From the NCBI GenBank assembly GCA_001777575.1, contig MFEL01000018.1:72264-136263 (forward strand): a stretch of 64,000 nucleotides of DNA, written 5' to 3'. A program made the translations under genes and the position numbers. The DNA comes from Candidatus Doudnabacteria bacterium RIFCSPHIGHO2_01_FULL_46_24 (GTDB taxonomy: Bacteria; Patescibacteriota; Doudnabacteria; UBA920; O2-02-FULL-48-8). The notes under the pieces are model-generated. The model did not search any database. It was not told the origin of the DNA and saw only the letters and a list, made by a program, of their open reading frames with translations. Positions 42,412-50,288 of the stretch are shown in pieces (positions within the stretch are counted from its first letter, which is position 1; every line of letters starts with the position of its first letter).

Positions 42412-42837
42412 ATGGTCCAAAGCTTTGAAAATCTCACGCTGAAGCAGGTGAAAAAACTGGCAGCGGACTTAAGTACGCAGCTTAATAACAGCAGAGCCAA
42501 GATCGGGCTGGTCGGAAGCTTAGGCAGCGGCAAGACAACTTTTGCCAAACAATTTGCCCACCGCTTAGGCCGGATCAGACTGAAAAGCCCGACGTTTACC
42601 GTAATTGACACGCATAAATTCGGAAAAAAAATTCTGCACCACATCGACTTATACCGCCTCCGCCATTATTCAGAGCTGCGGGCCATCGGATTTGAAGAAC
42701 TGCTTCAACCAAACACCGTGATTTTGATCGAGTGGGCGGATAAATTTAGGCAAGTAGCAAAACAGTGCGGCTTGCTGATTGAATTTAAGTTTACCCCACA
42801 ACACAATAGACGCGATGTCAAAATTACTTTTAAGTAG
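42412..42837 (+). CDS. tsaE: tRNA threonylcarbamoyladenosine biosynthesis ATPase TsaE (YjeE)
   Basis: GSLGSGKTTF P-loop, SPTFTVI, HIDLYRL, and IEWADKF motifs. Confidence 0.8.
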   Translation: MVQSFENLTLKQVKKLAADLSTQLNNSRAKIGLVGSLGSGKTTFAKQFAHRLGRIRLKSPTFTVIDTHKFGKKILHHIDLYRLRHYSELRAIGFEELLQPNTVILIEWADKFRQVAKQCGLLIEFKFTPQHNRRDVKITFK

Positions 42838-43909
42838 CATAATATTCGCCAGTCTTTTGCTGACGGCCCACAAAGCCGCAGCGGGGACAAATGACGCCGT
42901 CAGTATGCGCAACTGGGGGGCTGTTCAAACAGCCAAATTGGTTTTGCTAAACCAAGCCCCGCCAGCGCCACCCCTGCTTGACCCTGAGGAATTGAGTCAA
43001 ATTGAGGCGGTGGTGGCAGAAACCAATCAAAAAAGTGCCTCAGCCAAACTGGTCATCGAAAACGGACGCGCGGTGGAATTTGAGCGGGGCCAAAACGGCC
43101 AAAGCGTAGACGTATACGCGCTTTCTCAGCTGCTTATAAAACAAGCAGGTCTCGCCTTCGTCCCCATGTTCGTTTCCCAGCCAGCAGTTAACCTTGCCGA
43201 CACCAACAGCCTGGGCATTGCGGAACTCGTGGCCGTGGGCGAATCGGATTTTTCCGGCTCGCCCAAAAATCGGATTCACAACATCAAGGTCGGCAGCGCT
43301 AAATACAACGGCATTATCATCCAGCCAAGTCAAGAATTTTCTTTTAATAAATTCCTGGGCGACGTGGATGCGGAAAACGGCTTTTTGCCCGAGCTGGTGA
43401 TTAAGCGCACGGGTGTCGTGCCGGAATTCGGCGGTGGGCTCTGCCAGGTTTCCTCCACCGCGTTCCGGGCCGCCATGAATGCCGGCCTGCCGATTGTGGA
43501 ACGGCGGAACCATTCCTTTGCCGTTAAGTACTATGCCCCGCAAGGCACGGACGCCACTATTTATCCGGGTTCCACCGACCTGCGCTTCACCAATAATCTC
43601 TCCTCCCACCTTCTGATTTGGACACGAATCGAAGGCTATAAATTATACTATGATTTTTACGGAACCAAAGACGACCGGCTGGTTGAATTTGACGGCCCGA
43701 CCCAGTATGATAAAAAGGCGGACGGCTCCATGAAGGCGATCTGGACGAGGCACGTCAGCTTAAACGGCCAACAGAGCGAGCAAATCTTCAAAAGCACTTA
43801 TCTGCCGCCGGCCCTGTTCCATCCGGAAGAGCAGGCCACTACCCCAAACCCGCAAACGCCGCCGGAGCCTGCCGAAACTACACAACCCACACCAAACGAA
43901 CAGCCATGA
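42815..43909 (+). CDS. VanW-family protein with an N-terminal membrane anchor and a Pro/Thr-rich C-terminal tail
   Basis: GGGLCQVSSTAFRAA matches the VanW core. The start was set at the ATG at 42815 (MSKLLLSS...). The track ORF begins at 42779 and overlaps tsaE. Confidence 0.65.
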   Translation: MSKLLLSSIIFASLLLTAHKAAAGTNDAVSMRNWGAVQTAKLVLLNQAPPAPPLLDPEELSQIEAVVAETNQKSASAKLVIENGRAVEFERGQNGQSVDVYALSQLLIKQAGLAFVPMFVSQPAVNLADTNSLGIAELVAVGESDFSGSPKNRIHNIKVGSAKYNGIIIQPSQEFSFNKFLGDVDAENGFLPELVIKRTGVVPEFGGGLCQVSSTAFRAAMNAGLPIVERRNHSFAVKYYAPQGTDATIYPGSTDLRFTNNLSSHLLIWTRIEGYKLYYDFYGTKDDRLVEFDGPTQYDKKADGSMKAIWTRHVSLNGQQSEQIFKSTYLPPALFHPEEQATTPNPQTPPEPAETTQPTPNEQP

Positions 43910-43915
43910 CATTAA

Positions 43916-44989
43916 CTATCGCTCTGGTATGACAGCCGTGCCCGTTCTTTCAAAATACTCCCTATCAAAAACCAACTGAAGCAAATCTTGCTCCAAGCCA
44001 TGGCCATTGCAGTGCGTGAGCATACCCAAATACGATTGGATTGTCTGGATAAAAGATCCTTGACTTAATTGCCCGGCTTCAAATTTATTGCGGGCCAGTG
44101 CTATTTTTCTAAACATCCGCCTTTTAGTCTTATTTCTCAAGACTATATGATGGGGCAGAATTATATAGCCCAGAGAATCAATTCCTTGCCCAAATTTTCT
44201 GATCGATACTTTATCGGGGTGCAACGATAGCTGCAGTTCTTGCTGCAAAAGATGTTGAATGGTAGCGCACTGGTTTATCAGCTCGTGTTTATTCGACGAT
44301 AAAATTATAAAATCGTCAGCGTACCGAAAATAATGCCTGGCATGCAGCCGATGTTTAATAAACTGATCTAGTTCATTCAAATATATGTTGGCAAAAATCT
44401 GCGAGCTTAAATTCCCAATCGGAAGTCCTGTAACTCTCTCTCTCTCTCTTGAAAAATTATCCACAACAAAACTTTTAACAACCTCTTCAATTAGCCACAA
44501 AAAGTGTTTGTCGCTGATTTTATTTTTAATTATCTGCAACAGCTTCTGGTGAGAAACGCTGTAGAAAAACTTGTAGATGTCGCATTTGAGCGCAAATACA
44601 TTCCTGCTATTGTTGCGGCTTACCTTTCTTAAAGCGATTGCCAAATTATTAACAGCCAAATGCGTTCCCTTATCCAAACGGGAAGCATAGGAGTGGTAAA
44701 TAAATTTGGGGTCAAATATCCGATACAGTTCATTAAAAATCAGATGATGAACCAGGCGATCACGAACAGTCGCCTTGCTAATAACCCGGTGTTTCGGATC
44801 CCAAATATGGAAAGTAATATAAGGTCCGTGCCGATAAGTCTGATTCTCAAGTTGTCGGTGAAGTTCAAAAATATTATCTTCCAAGTGCCGCTCAAATTCC
44901 AAGACATCCCTCTTCTTTTGTTTCTCTTTCCTAAATTCGTCCCAGCATAAAAATAAATTATCAATATGCAAGAATTGCCTATTCTCCAT
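43916..44989 (-). CDS. DGR-type reverse transcriptase
   Basis: RT motifs are present, including LPIGNLSSQ (the DGR-specific I/LGxxxSQ form of motif 4) and YADDFIIL (motif 5). The N-terminus (CWDEFRKEKQKKRDV..TYRHGPYITFHIWDPKHRVISKATVRDRLVHH) matches the general DGR RT pattern. Confidence 0.85.
   Translation of the reverse strand: MENRQFLHIDNLFLCWDEFRKEKQKKRDVLEFERHLEDNIFELHRQLENQTYRHGPYITFHIWDPKHRVISKATVRDRLVHHLIFNELYRIFDPKFIYHSYASRLDKGTHLAVNNLAIALRKVSRNNSRNVFALKCDIYKFFYSVSHQKLLQIIKNKISDKHFLWLIEEVVKSFVVDNFSRERERVTGLPIGNLSSQIFANIYLNELDQFIKHRLHARHYFRYADDFIILSSNKHELINQCATIQHLLQQELQLSLHPDKVSIRKFGQGIDSLGYIILPHHIVLRNKTKRRMFRKIALARNKFEAGQLSQGSFIQTIQSYLGMLTHCNGHGLEQDLLQLVFDREYFERTGTAVIPER
44434..44449. 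repeat. (CT)8 dinucleotide simple-sequence repeat inside the RT coding sequence (encodes R-E-R-E-R on the minus strand)
   Basis: Read directly and cross-checked against the protein FSRERERVTG. Confidence 0.8.
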
Positions 44990-45304
44990 AAATTAACCGA
45001 ATTTTATAAAACATTTTATCTCTATCTCGCCTCTTTTCCTCAAAAGGATAAATATGCCCTTGGCGCCAAATGCGAAGGCTATATTATTTCAACTCTTGAA
45101 TTATTATTGGCAGCGGAATACGCCAGCAAAAATCAAAGGCTGCAACTAATACAGCAGGCTTCCGTCAAATTCGATATGCTTAAGTCTTTTATCCGTATCG
45201 CCAAGGAGCTGAAAATTCTGGATCAGAAAAAATACATCCGCCTGGAAGCGGAATTACAAGAGATCGGCCGCCAGCTGGGAGGCTGGCAGCGATCTTTGAG
45301 CTAA
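44966..45304 (+). CDS. Avd-like accessory variability determinant (four-helix-bundle protein)
   Basis: 112-aa ORF. Its C-terminus (..EIGRQLGGWQRSL) and the SFPQKDKYALGAK..ASKNQ segment resemble the general Avd/four-helix-bundle family pattern. The first 24 nt are shared with the RT start on the other strand. Confidence 0.75.
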   Translation: MQELPILHKLTEFYKTFYLYLASFPQKDKYALGAKCEGYIISTLELLLAAEYASKNQRLQLIQQASVKFDMLKSFIRIAKELKILDQKKYIRLEAELQEIGRQLGGWQRSLS

Positions 45305-45315
45305 AGCATAGACGC

Positions 45316-45437
45316 AACCCGAGGAGGCACACGCCGCCGGAGTAGTTGTCGTTGGCATTCAGATTCCTGTTGTCGAACTTCAACTTGTCGTCGTTGGCCT
45401 TGAAGTAGAGCGAGTGCTGCTTCGACTGCCAGAATTT
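45316..45437 (-). repeat. DGR template repeat (TR)
   Basis: Aligns with 45706-45827 at an offset of 390 nt. Plus-strand T (minus-strand A) in the TR corresponds to A, C or G in the VR at about 23 positions. There is one non-A difference (TR 45396, G versus A). Confidence 0.85.
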
Positions 45438-45621
45438 GTCTTTTTCCTTCCACTAGCACCGGAGAATAATTACTTATCCTCCTGAATTTCATTTCGTCCG
45501 CAATGGACGTTGAAAAAAGACAAGTAGTGTCTATACTTTTTGCATGTATAGGATTTCAGCGGCTTAAGTCCGTAAACTTAAGCGCATTAACCTACTTTCA
45601 AGAATAATTTTATAACAAAAG

Positions 45622-45672
45622 AAAAACGGGAGCAATCAAGGACTGCTCCCGTCCGGACTCCTCCGAGAGTCC
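45622..45672 (-). terminator. two hairpins downstream of the target gene and VR: GGACTC-ctccga-GAGTCC, and GGGAGCA-atcaaggac-TGCTCCC followed by a T-run on the minus strand
   Basis: Read directly. The second has terminator character. Hairpins immediately 3-prime of the VR are a known DGR feature. Confidence 0.5.
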
Positions 45673-45704
45673 AAAACCCAAAACCCGAGAAACCGACGAA
45701 TGCA

Positions 45705-46646
45705 CTACCCGAGGAGGCACACGCCGCCGGAGTAGTTGTCGTAGGCACACAGATCCCCGCAGCCGAACCACAACCGGTCGCCGAAAGCCCTGAAGTAGAG
45801 CGAGTGCTGCCCCGACTGCCAGAGCACTGCGGCACAGTCCAAACCCGGCGTCTGGTAATCGCGCGCCAGCACGTCTGGGTAGGTGGTCAGCGCTGCTGCC
45901 GGCTCGATGACCCCGCACAGCAACACGTCCGCAGGCAGCGTAGCCATCTGCTCCCGATCTGCCGGGATCGAAAATCCCTGCAGGCAGTTCGGGGAATAGC
46001 CCAGCACAACCGAACCTTCGGCCAGCTTGCGCAGCAGGCGGTTGTGGCTTTGGGCCACGACCTTGACCTGCTTGGCCAGTTCCCCTTCGCGGTAGTTCTT
46101 GAAGCTGCGCCCGGGAAATTGCTGCTCGTAAGCCCGCTTGACCCCGGCCAGCAGCTTGTCGTCGGTAAACTGGCCTAGATCGCCAATCTGCATTTTCGGC
46201 AACGCCAACGGCAACACCATGCCATGAGTAGGCAGGTTGGCCATGAGCGGATCAGTCGCGAGACGGCAGAGAATCGCCGCGAACCGCGCTTCGAACTCGT
46301 CAGCTGACATGAACGCGCTGCCGCCGAAGTGCTCCACGAACCGCTCGAGACGCGCCGCAAAGTCCACTTTCGGCTGGTCGAGGTAGAACGACCGGTTCGC
46401 ATCCACAGCCTTGGCCTTCATGCCTTGGGGTGGGATGCGACGGCCGTTGCTGTCGAACAGCGGTTTGATCGGCTCTTCCAGCACGAACTCGCCCGATTCG
46501 TTTTCCGTGTCTGGCTTGGTAATCTTGAAAACGAGCCTGCCGCTCTTCACGGCTAACGCGTTCTCATTACCGCCAAGGTTGCTGATGAGCGAGCGGTAGT
46601 CGTTCCCGCTCCAAGGCCCCAACGTTTCCCATTCTATGAGTTTCAT
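45705..46646 (-). CDS. DGR target (variable) protein; the VR occupies the last 40 codons or so
   Basis: 313-aa ORF. The C-terminus (..AYDNYSGGVCLLG) is encoded by the VR. The TR-encoded equivalent reads ..NANDNYSGGVCLLG, with Asn (AAC) codons at the varied positions. GGAGGA lies upstream of the ATG. No signal peptide is evident. Confidence 0.75.
   Translation of the reverse strand: MKLIEWETLGPWSGNDYRSLISNLGGNENALAVKSGRLVFKITKPDTENESGEFVLEEPIKPLFDSNGRRIPPQGMKAKAVDANRSFYLDQPKVDFAARLERFVEHFGGSAFMSADEFEARFAAILCRLATDPLMANLPTHGMVLPLALPKMQIGDLGQFTDDKLLAGVKRAYEQQFPGRSFKNYREGELAKQVKVVAQSHNRLLRKLAEGSVVLGYSPNCLQGFSIPADREQMATLPADVLLCGVIEPAAALTTYPDVLARDYQTPGLDCAAVLWQSGQHSLYFRAFGDRLWFGCGDLCAYDNYSGGVCLLG
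45706..45827 (-). repeat. DGR variable repeat (VR) at the 3-prime end of the target gene
   Basis: See the TR entry. Confidence 0.85.
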
Positions 46647-46768
46647 ATTTCCTCCTTCAGGCTAACTTGCCCGAAGAACATTTGCCCCTTATCCCGAGGC
46701 CCAGGGTCCGAGTTCTGTCGGAGCCGCAGTTGTCCCCCTGATTGCAGGACATCGTATCCTAGCCATTT

Positions 46769-46798
46769 TTGACGAATTTGTCAAGGCTGGGTTACAAT
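46769..46798 (+). promoter_or_regulatory. promoter TTGACG, 18-bp spacer, TACAAT overlapping the palindrome TTGACGAATTTGTCAA, upstream of leader module copy 2
   Basis: -35 at 46769-74 and -10 at 46793-98. The motif AATTTGTCAAG is shared with copy 1. Confidence 0.45.
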
Positions 46799-46819
46799 AC
46801 CAATAAGTATTCATCAACC

Positions 46820-46946
46820 ATGAATCCCGTTAGAAATAGGCCAACCTCTTCCTTTAATATAAGCTCGTTGTTTTATCAAAATTTAAGCAAAATTAATTAT
46901 CATCGCGCTTTGTTTCCGTTAAGCGCGGCTGATTTCTAACGGGATG
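46820..46946 (+). promoter_or_regulatory. leader module copy 2: uORF ATGAATCCCGTTAGAAAT... (39 aa, stop TAA inside the 3-prime arm) plus the inverted complement ATTTCTAACGGGATG overlapping the aminopeptidase start codon
   Basis: 5-prime arm at 46820-46837, 3-prime arm at 46932-46946, with a 14-nt perfect inverted repeat ATCCCGTTAGAAAT. Confidence 0.5.
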
Positions 46947-48188
46947 AAAAAAAATTACCAACCGCCCCAAATCATTCTTGACCGCTACGCCAAAGTTTTG
47001 GTGCGGTTTGCGCTGGGCGGCGGCAAGGGTATCAAAAAAGGCGATGTCGTGCGCGTTTCCAGCAGCGAATCCGGGCGCCAGCTGTATTTAGCCGTGTGCA
47101 ACGCCGTGATTGACGAAGGCGGCCACGTCCTGCCGCATTATTCGCCGGATGACGAACAAGGCGATAAGCGCCGCAACGAAAGCTTTACCCGATACTTCTA
47201 TGAACACGCGCAGGACCACCAGATGGATCACTTCCCGCATAAATATCTCAAGGGCTTGGTCGAGCAGATGGATCATTCAATTTTTATTCTGGCTGATGCC
47301 GACCCGCATGCGCTCAAAGGAGTCAATCCTAAAAAAATTATGCGCCGCGGCGTGGCCTTAAAGCCGTTCATGGACTGGCGGCACAAAAAAGAGTGGCAGG
47401 GCAGATTTACCTGGACCATTGCGCTTTATGGCACGCCGGCCATGGCCGCCGAAGCCGGCCTTTCCCCGAAAGCGTATTGGAACCAAATAATCAAGGCCTG
47501 CTTTCTTGACCAGAAAGATCCAATTGCGAAATGGAAAGATGTTTACCGGAAATTGGAACACTATCGCCGAGCGTTAAATCGGCTCTCGCCCCGAATTGAC
47601 CGGCTCCATGTTGTCGGGCCGGATGTCAATCTTTGGATCAAACCGGGCGAGAAAAGGCTGTGGCTGGGCGGCAGCGGCCGCAACATTCCCAGTTTTGAAC
47701 TGTTCACTTCTCCAGACTGGCGCGGCACTAAAGGTTGGATTCGGTTCAACCAGCCGCTTTATCGTTACGGCAGTAAGGTCACCGGCATTCAACTTTGGTT
47801 TGAAAACGGCCAGGTTATCAAAAGCCAGGCCAGAACAGGCGAAAAGCTGCTGAAAGAAATGATTGCCACGCCTGGCGCCAATAAGGTTGGAGAGTTCTCC
47901 TTAACCGACCGCCGCTTCAGCCGCATCACCAAGTTCATGGCCGAAACGCTGTTTGACGAAAACATGGGCGGGCCCCACGGCAACACCCACATCGCCCTGG
48001 GCATGTCTTACCGCGATACGTTCGACGGCAACGCCGCCAAACTTTCCAAAAAACAAGCCGAGGCCCTGGGGTTCAACGACTCGTCTGTCCATACCGACAT
48101 CATCTCCACCGCGCCCCGCACGGTCACGGCGCATCTGAAAAACGGCCAAGAAAAAATCATCTACAACCGCGGTCAGTTTGTCATCTAA
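46944..48188 (+). CDS. aminopeptidase, M29 family (AmpS/PepS-like)
   Basis: 414-aa ORF. Its length and conserved segments (GANKVGEFSLTD, HGNTHIALG, VHTDII) fit the M29 thermophilic metalloprotease family. Confidence 0.7.
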   Translation: MKKNYQPPQIILDRYAKVLVRFALGGGKGIKKGDVVRVSSSESGRQLYLAVCNAVIDEGGHVLPHYSPDDEQGDKRRNESFTRYFYEHAQDHQMDHFPHKYLKGLVEQMDHSIFILADADPHALKGVNPKKIMRRGVALKPFMDWRHKKEWQGRFTWTIALYGTPAMAAEAGLSPKAYWNQIIKACFLDQKDPIAKWKDVYRKLEHYRRALNRLSPRIDRLHVVGPDVNLWIKPGEKRLWLGGSGRNIPSFELFTSPDWRGTKGWIRFNQPLYRYGSKVTGIQLWFENGQVIKSQARTGEKLLKEMIATPGANKVGEFSLTDRRFSRITKFMAETLFDENMGGPHGNTHIALGMSYRDTFDGNAAKLSKKQAEALGFNDSSVHTDIISTAPRTVTAHLKNGQEKIIYNRGQFVI

Positions 48189-48220
48189 GCCGCATGCGAT
48201 GGTCATGCTATACTTAAGAC

Positions 48221-49258
48221 ATGATTCAGACCAACGCGGATGAAATAGACATTGTCAATCCATCACCCAAAAAAAACGAGGGGTTTTTCGAAGCAACCCT
48301 CCGGCCCCAAACCCTCGGAGAGTATGTCGGCCAGGGCAAAATCAAAGACAATCTGAAAATTTTCATTGACGCGGCGCAAAAAAGAAAAGAGGTCCTGGAG
48401 CATATCCTGCTCTACGGCCCGCCGGGCTTGGGCAAAACCACGCTCGCCCACATCATTGCCCGCGAAAGCGGAGTCTCGATCAAGGTCACTTCCGGCCCGG
48501 CCATCGAAAAAAGCGGCGACTTGGCTTCCCTGCTGACCGCGCTGGAGCCCAATGACGTTTTGTTCATTGACGAAATCCACCGCCTGCCCAAAGCGGTGGA
48601 GGAAATTCTCTACCCGGCCATGGAAGATTATTGCCTGGATATTGTCTTGGGCAAAGGCGCCGGAGCCAAAGCCTTGCGCTTGGATTTGCCGAAATTCACT
48701 TTAATCGGCGCCACCACGCGCATCGGGCTGATTTCCGCACCCCTTCGCGACCGTTTCGGTTCCACTTACCGGCTCGACTATTATGAAGAAAATGAAATCG
48801 AGCAAATCATCGAACGGGCCGCGCACATTCTGAAAATCAAGATTGACCGCGGCGGCAAACAAGAAATCGCCAAGCGCAGCCGCCGCACCCCCCGCATCGC
48901 CAACCGGCTCTTAAAGCGCGTGCGCGACTTTGCCCAAGTCAAGGCGTCGGGCAAAATCACTGGCGACATTGCCCATGACGCGCTCAACATGCTGGAAGTG
49001 GACAGTCTGGGCTTGGATGCCAATGACCGCCGCCTCCTTTCCGCTTTGATCGAAAAATTCAGCGGGGGGCCAGTCGGGCTTTCCTCCCTAGCCGCAGCCA
49101 CCTCAGAGGAGCAGGAGACTTTAGAAGACGTCTATGAGCCATTCTTGATCCGCATCGGATTTCTAGCCCGCACGCCCAAAGGGCGCATCGCCACCCCTGC
49201 GGCCTACGAGCATCTGAGGGTATCTATGAAACAAGCCAAAGGGCAAACACTACTATAA
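48221..49258 (+). CDS. ruvB: Holliday junction DNA helicase RuvB
   Basis: [11 protein letters not shown] Walker [11 protein letters not shown], sensor motifs, and a winged-helix C-terminus. Confidence 0.95.
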   Translation: MIQTNADEIDIVNPSPKKNEGFFEATLRPQTLGEYVGQGKIKDNLKIFIDAAQKRKEVLEHILLYGPPGLGKTTLAHIIARESGVSIKVTSGPAIEKSGDLASLLTALEPNDVLFIDEIHRLPKAVEEILYPAMEDYCLDIVLGKGAGAKALRLDLPKFTLIGATTRIGLISAPLRDRFGSTYRLDYYEENEIEQIIERAAHILKIKIDRGGKQEIAKRSRRTPRIANRLLKRVRDFAQVKASGKITGDIAHDALNMLEVDSLGLDANDRRLLSALIEKFSGGPVGLSSLAAATSEEQETLEDVYEPFLIRIGFLARTPKGRIATPAAYEHLRVSMKQAKGQTLL

Positions 49259-49269
49259 TTTGCAATTAT

Positions 49270-49340
49270 CAATGGTCAATAGAAAACTGAAAATTAGAAA
49301 ATTAATTGAAATTTGAAATTTGTAAATTGATAATTCTCCC
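49270..49340. repeat. GAAAATT-type heptamer tandem array (about 7 units) upstream of the small membrane-protein gene
   Basis: gaaaactgaaaattagaaaattaattgaaatttgaaatttgtaaattgataatt. Confidence 0.5.
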
Positions 49341-49342
49341 AT

Positions 49343-49567
49343 ATGCTCAACGTCTACCAACCCACTAACCTTCTGCACACCGGCATTGCGCTGGTTTTTT
49401 ACCTGCTCATGGCCGGCTTTGTAGTCTATAGTTTTTTGGCGCTGTATGCCCTCAACCGCTTTGGCCATTCCAAACTTTTAGCTACGGTCATTTCGCTGAT
49501 TTACATTGTCATCATCGCCAGCCTGTTTGCCGCGGCCCAGACGAATCTGAATAGCATTAAATTTTGA
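49343..49567 (+). CDS. small hypothetical membrane protein (74 aa, two helices)
   Basis: Hydrophobic ORF immediately upstream of, and abutting, the next gene. Confidence 0.35.
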   Translation: MLNVYQPTNLLHTGIALVFYLLMAGFVVYSFLALYALNRFGHSKLLATVISLIYIVIIASLFAAAQTNLNSIKF

Positions 49568-49568
49568 C

Positions 49569-50144
49569 ATGTATCTACCAAGTCTCAAAAAAATCCTCGG
49601 CGAAAGCCAGTTTCCCGGCCAGCAGGAAAACGAGGAAGTCTGCCTGGTCATCCGCCAGCACTGGTTCGTGTTTTTCATGCGCCTTACGCTTTGGCTCCTG
49701 TTCGCCGCCATTTTGCTCGCCACGGACTGGTACATCGGCCGCTACGCGCCGGTCCTAGCAAATTCACCCTATGCCGAAATCGTCTCGCTCATCAAAAGCA
49801 TTTACCTCATGTTTTTGATGTTGGGACTGCTCATGCTTTGGACCATTTATTATTTGAACATGCAGATTGTCACCAACGAACGGCTGGTGGACATTGATCA
49901 GCATTCGCTTTTGCACCACAAAATTTCCGAGCTCTACCTCTCGCGCATGCAGGACGTCACGGCCGAAGTCAAGGGCTTGTTTCCGACTTTTTTCAACTAC
50001 GGCAACGTCTACATCCAGTCCGCGGCTGAAGTTGAGCGGTTTGTGTTCACCAACATCCCCAACCCCACAGCCGTGGCCAAGCTCATCTCCGACCTCTACG
50101 AAAAACTCCCGGTTGATGAAAAACAAAAAGGCCGGACAGAATAA
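49569..50144 (+). CDS. membrane protein with a bacterial PH-like (bPH_2/YdbT-like) domain
   Basis: Two N-terminal transmembrane helices, then NERLVDIDQHSLLHHKISELYLSRMQDVTAE...YGNVYIQSA, matching bPH_2 architecture. Confidence 0.4.
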   Translation: MYLPSLKKILGESQFPGQQENEEVCLVIRQHWFVFFMRLTLWLLFAAILLATDWYIGRYAPVLANSPYAEIVSLIKSIYLMFLMLGLLMLWTIYYLNMQIVTNERLVDIDQHSLLHHKISELYLSRMQDVTAEVKGLFPTFFNYGNVYIQSAAEVERFVFTNIPNPTAVAKLISDLYEKLPVDEKQKGRTE

Positions 50145-50170
50145 CTATAGTGCAATATCTTTGTTTTAAA

Positions 50171-50200
50171 GGCTCAACCGTCGGTTGAGCCTTTGCGGTA
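50171..50200 (+). terminator. hairpin ggctcaacc-gtc-ggttgagcc followed by TTTG (weak terminator after 49569..50144)
   Basis: 9-bp stem with a 3-nt loop and a short T-run. Confidence 0.4.
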
Positions 50201-50240
50201 CCTAAAATAGGCATGGCACAAATAGGTACCAGTGATTATA

Positions 50241-50280
50241 AAAAGAAAAAAGCTTGGGCAACCGTGGCGGTCGCCCAAGC
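50241..50280 (-). terminator. rho-independent terminator after the GC-rich hydrolase gene (gcttgggc...gcccaagc followed by a T-run on the minus strand)
   Basis: 8-bp stem with a 13-nt loop. The plus strand has an A-run just upstream, which is a T-run on the minus strand. Confidence 0.5.
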
Positions 50281-50288
50281 GAGAATGC

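Larger units (their letters stand above)
43916..46646 (-). mobile_element. diversity-generating retroelement (DGR) cassette: target gene with C-terminal VR, terminator hairpins, TR, Avd gene on the opposite strand, and reverse transcriptase
   Basis: See the component features below. The TR and VR are about 122 nt and about 82 percent identical. 23 of 24 mismatches fall at TR sense-strand adenines. Confidence 0.85.

Noticed and set aside
42345-42644. N-terminal 100 aa of track ORF 41220..42644
   Set aside because: This segment is Cys- and Leu-rich low-complexity sequence that overlaps the tsaE promoter and start region. The domain-bearing protein starts at the ATG at 42344.
45189-45492. Track ORFs 45189..45383 and 45301..45492 on the minus strand as protein-coding genes
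   Set aside because: They are reading frames through the DGR template repeat. One reproduces the VR frame (..NDNYSGGVCLLG) simply because TR copies VR. There is no independent start or ribosome-binding context.
45587-45918. Track ORFs 45587..45835 and 45610..45918 (minus strand)
   Set aside because: They are alternative frames overlapping the target gene and VR. Their low-complexity Arg/Ala-rich translations are typical of out-of-frame reading of GC-rich DNA.
46820-46946. Leader module as an integron attC site
   Set aside because: The arms contain GTTAGAA and TTCTAAC, but in the order GTTRRRY...RYYYAAC. This is the reverse of the attC arrangement (RYYYAAC...GTTRRRY). No integrase gene is nearby.
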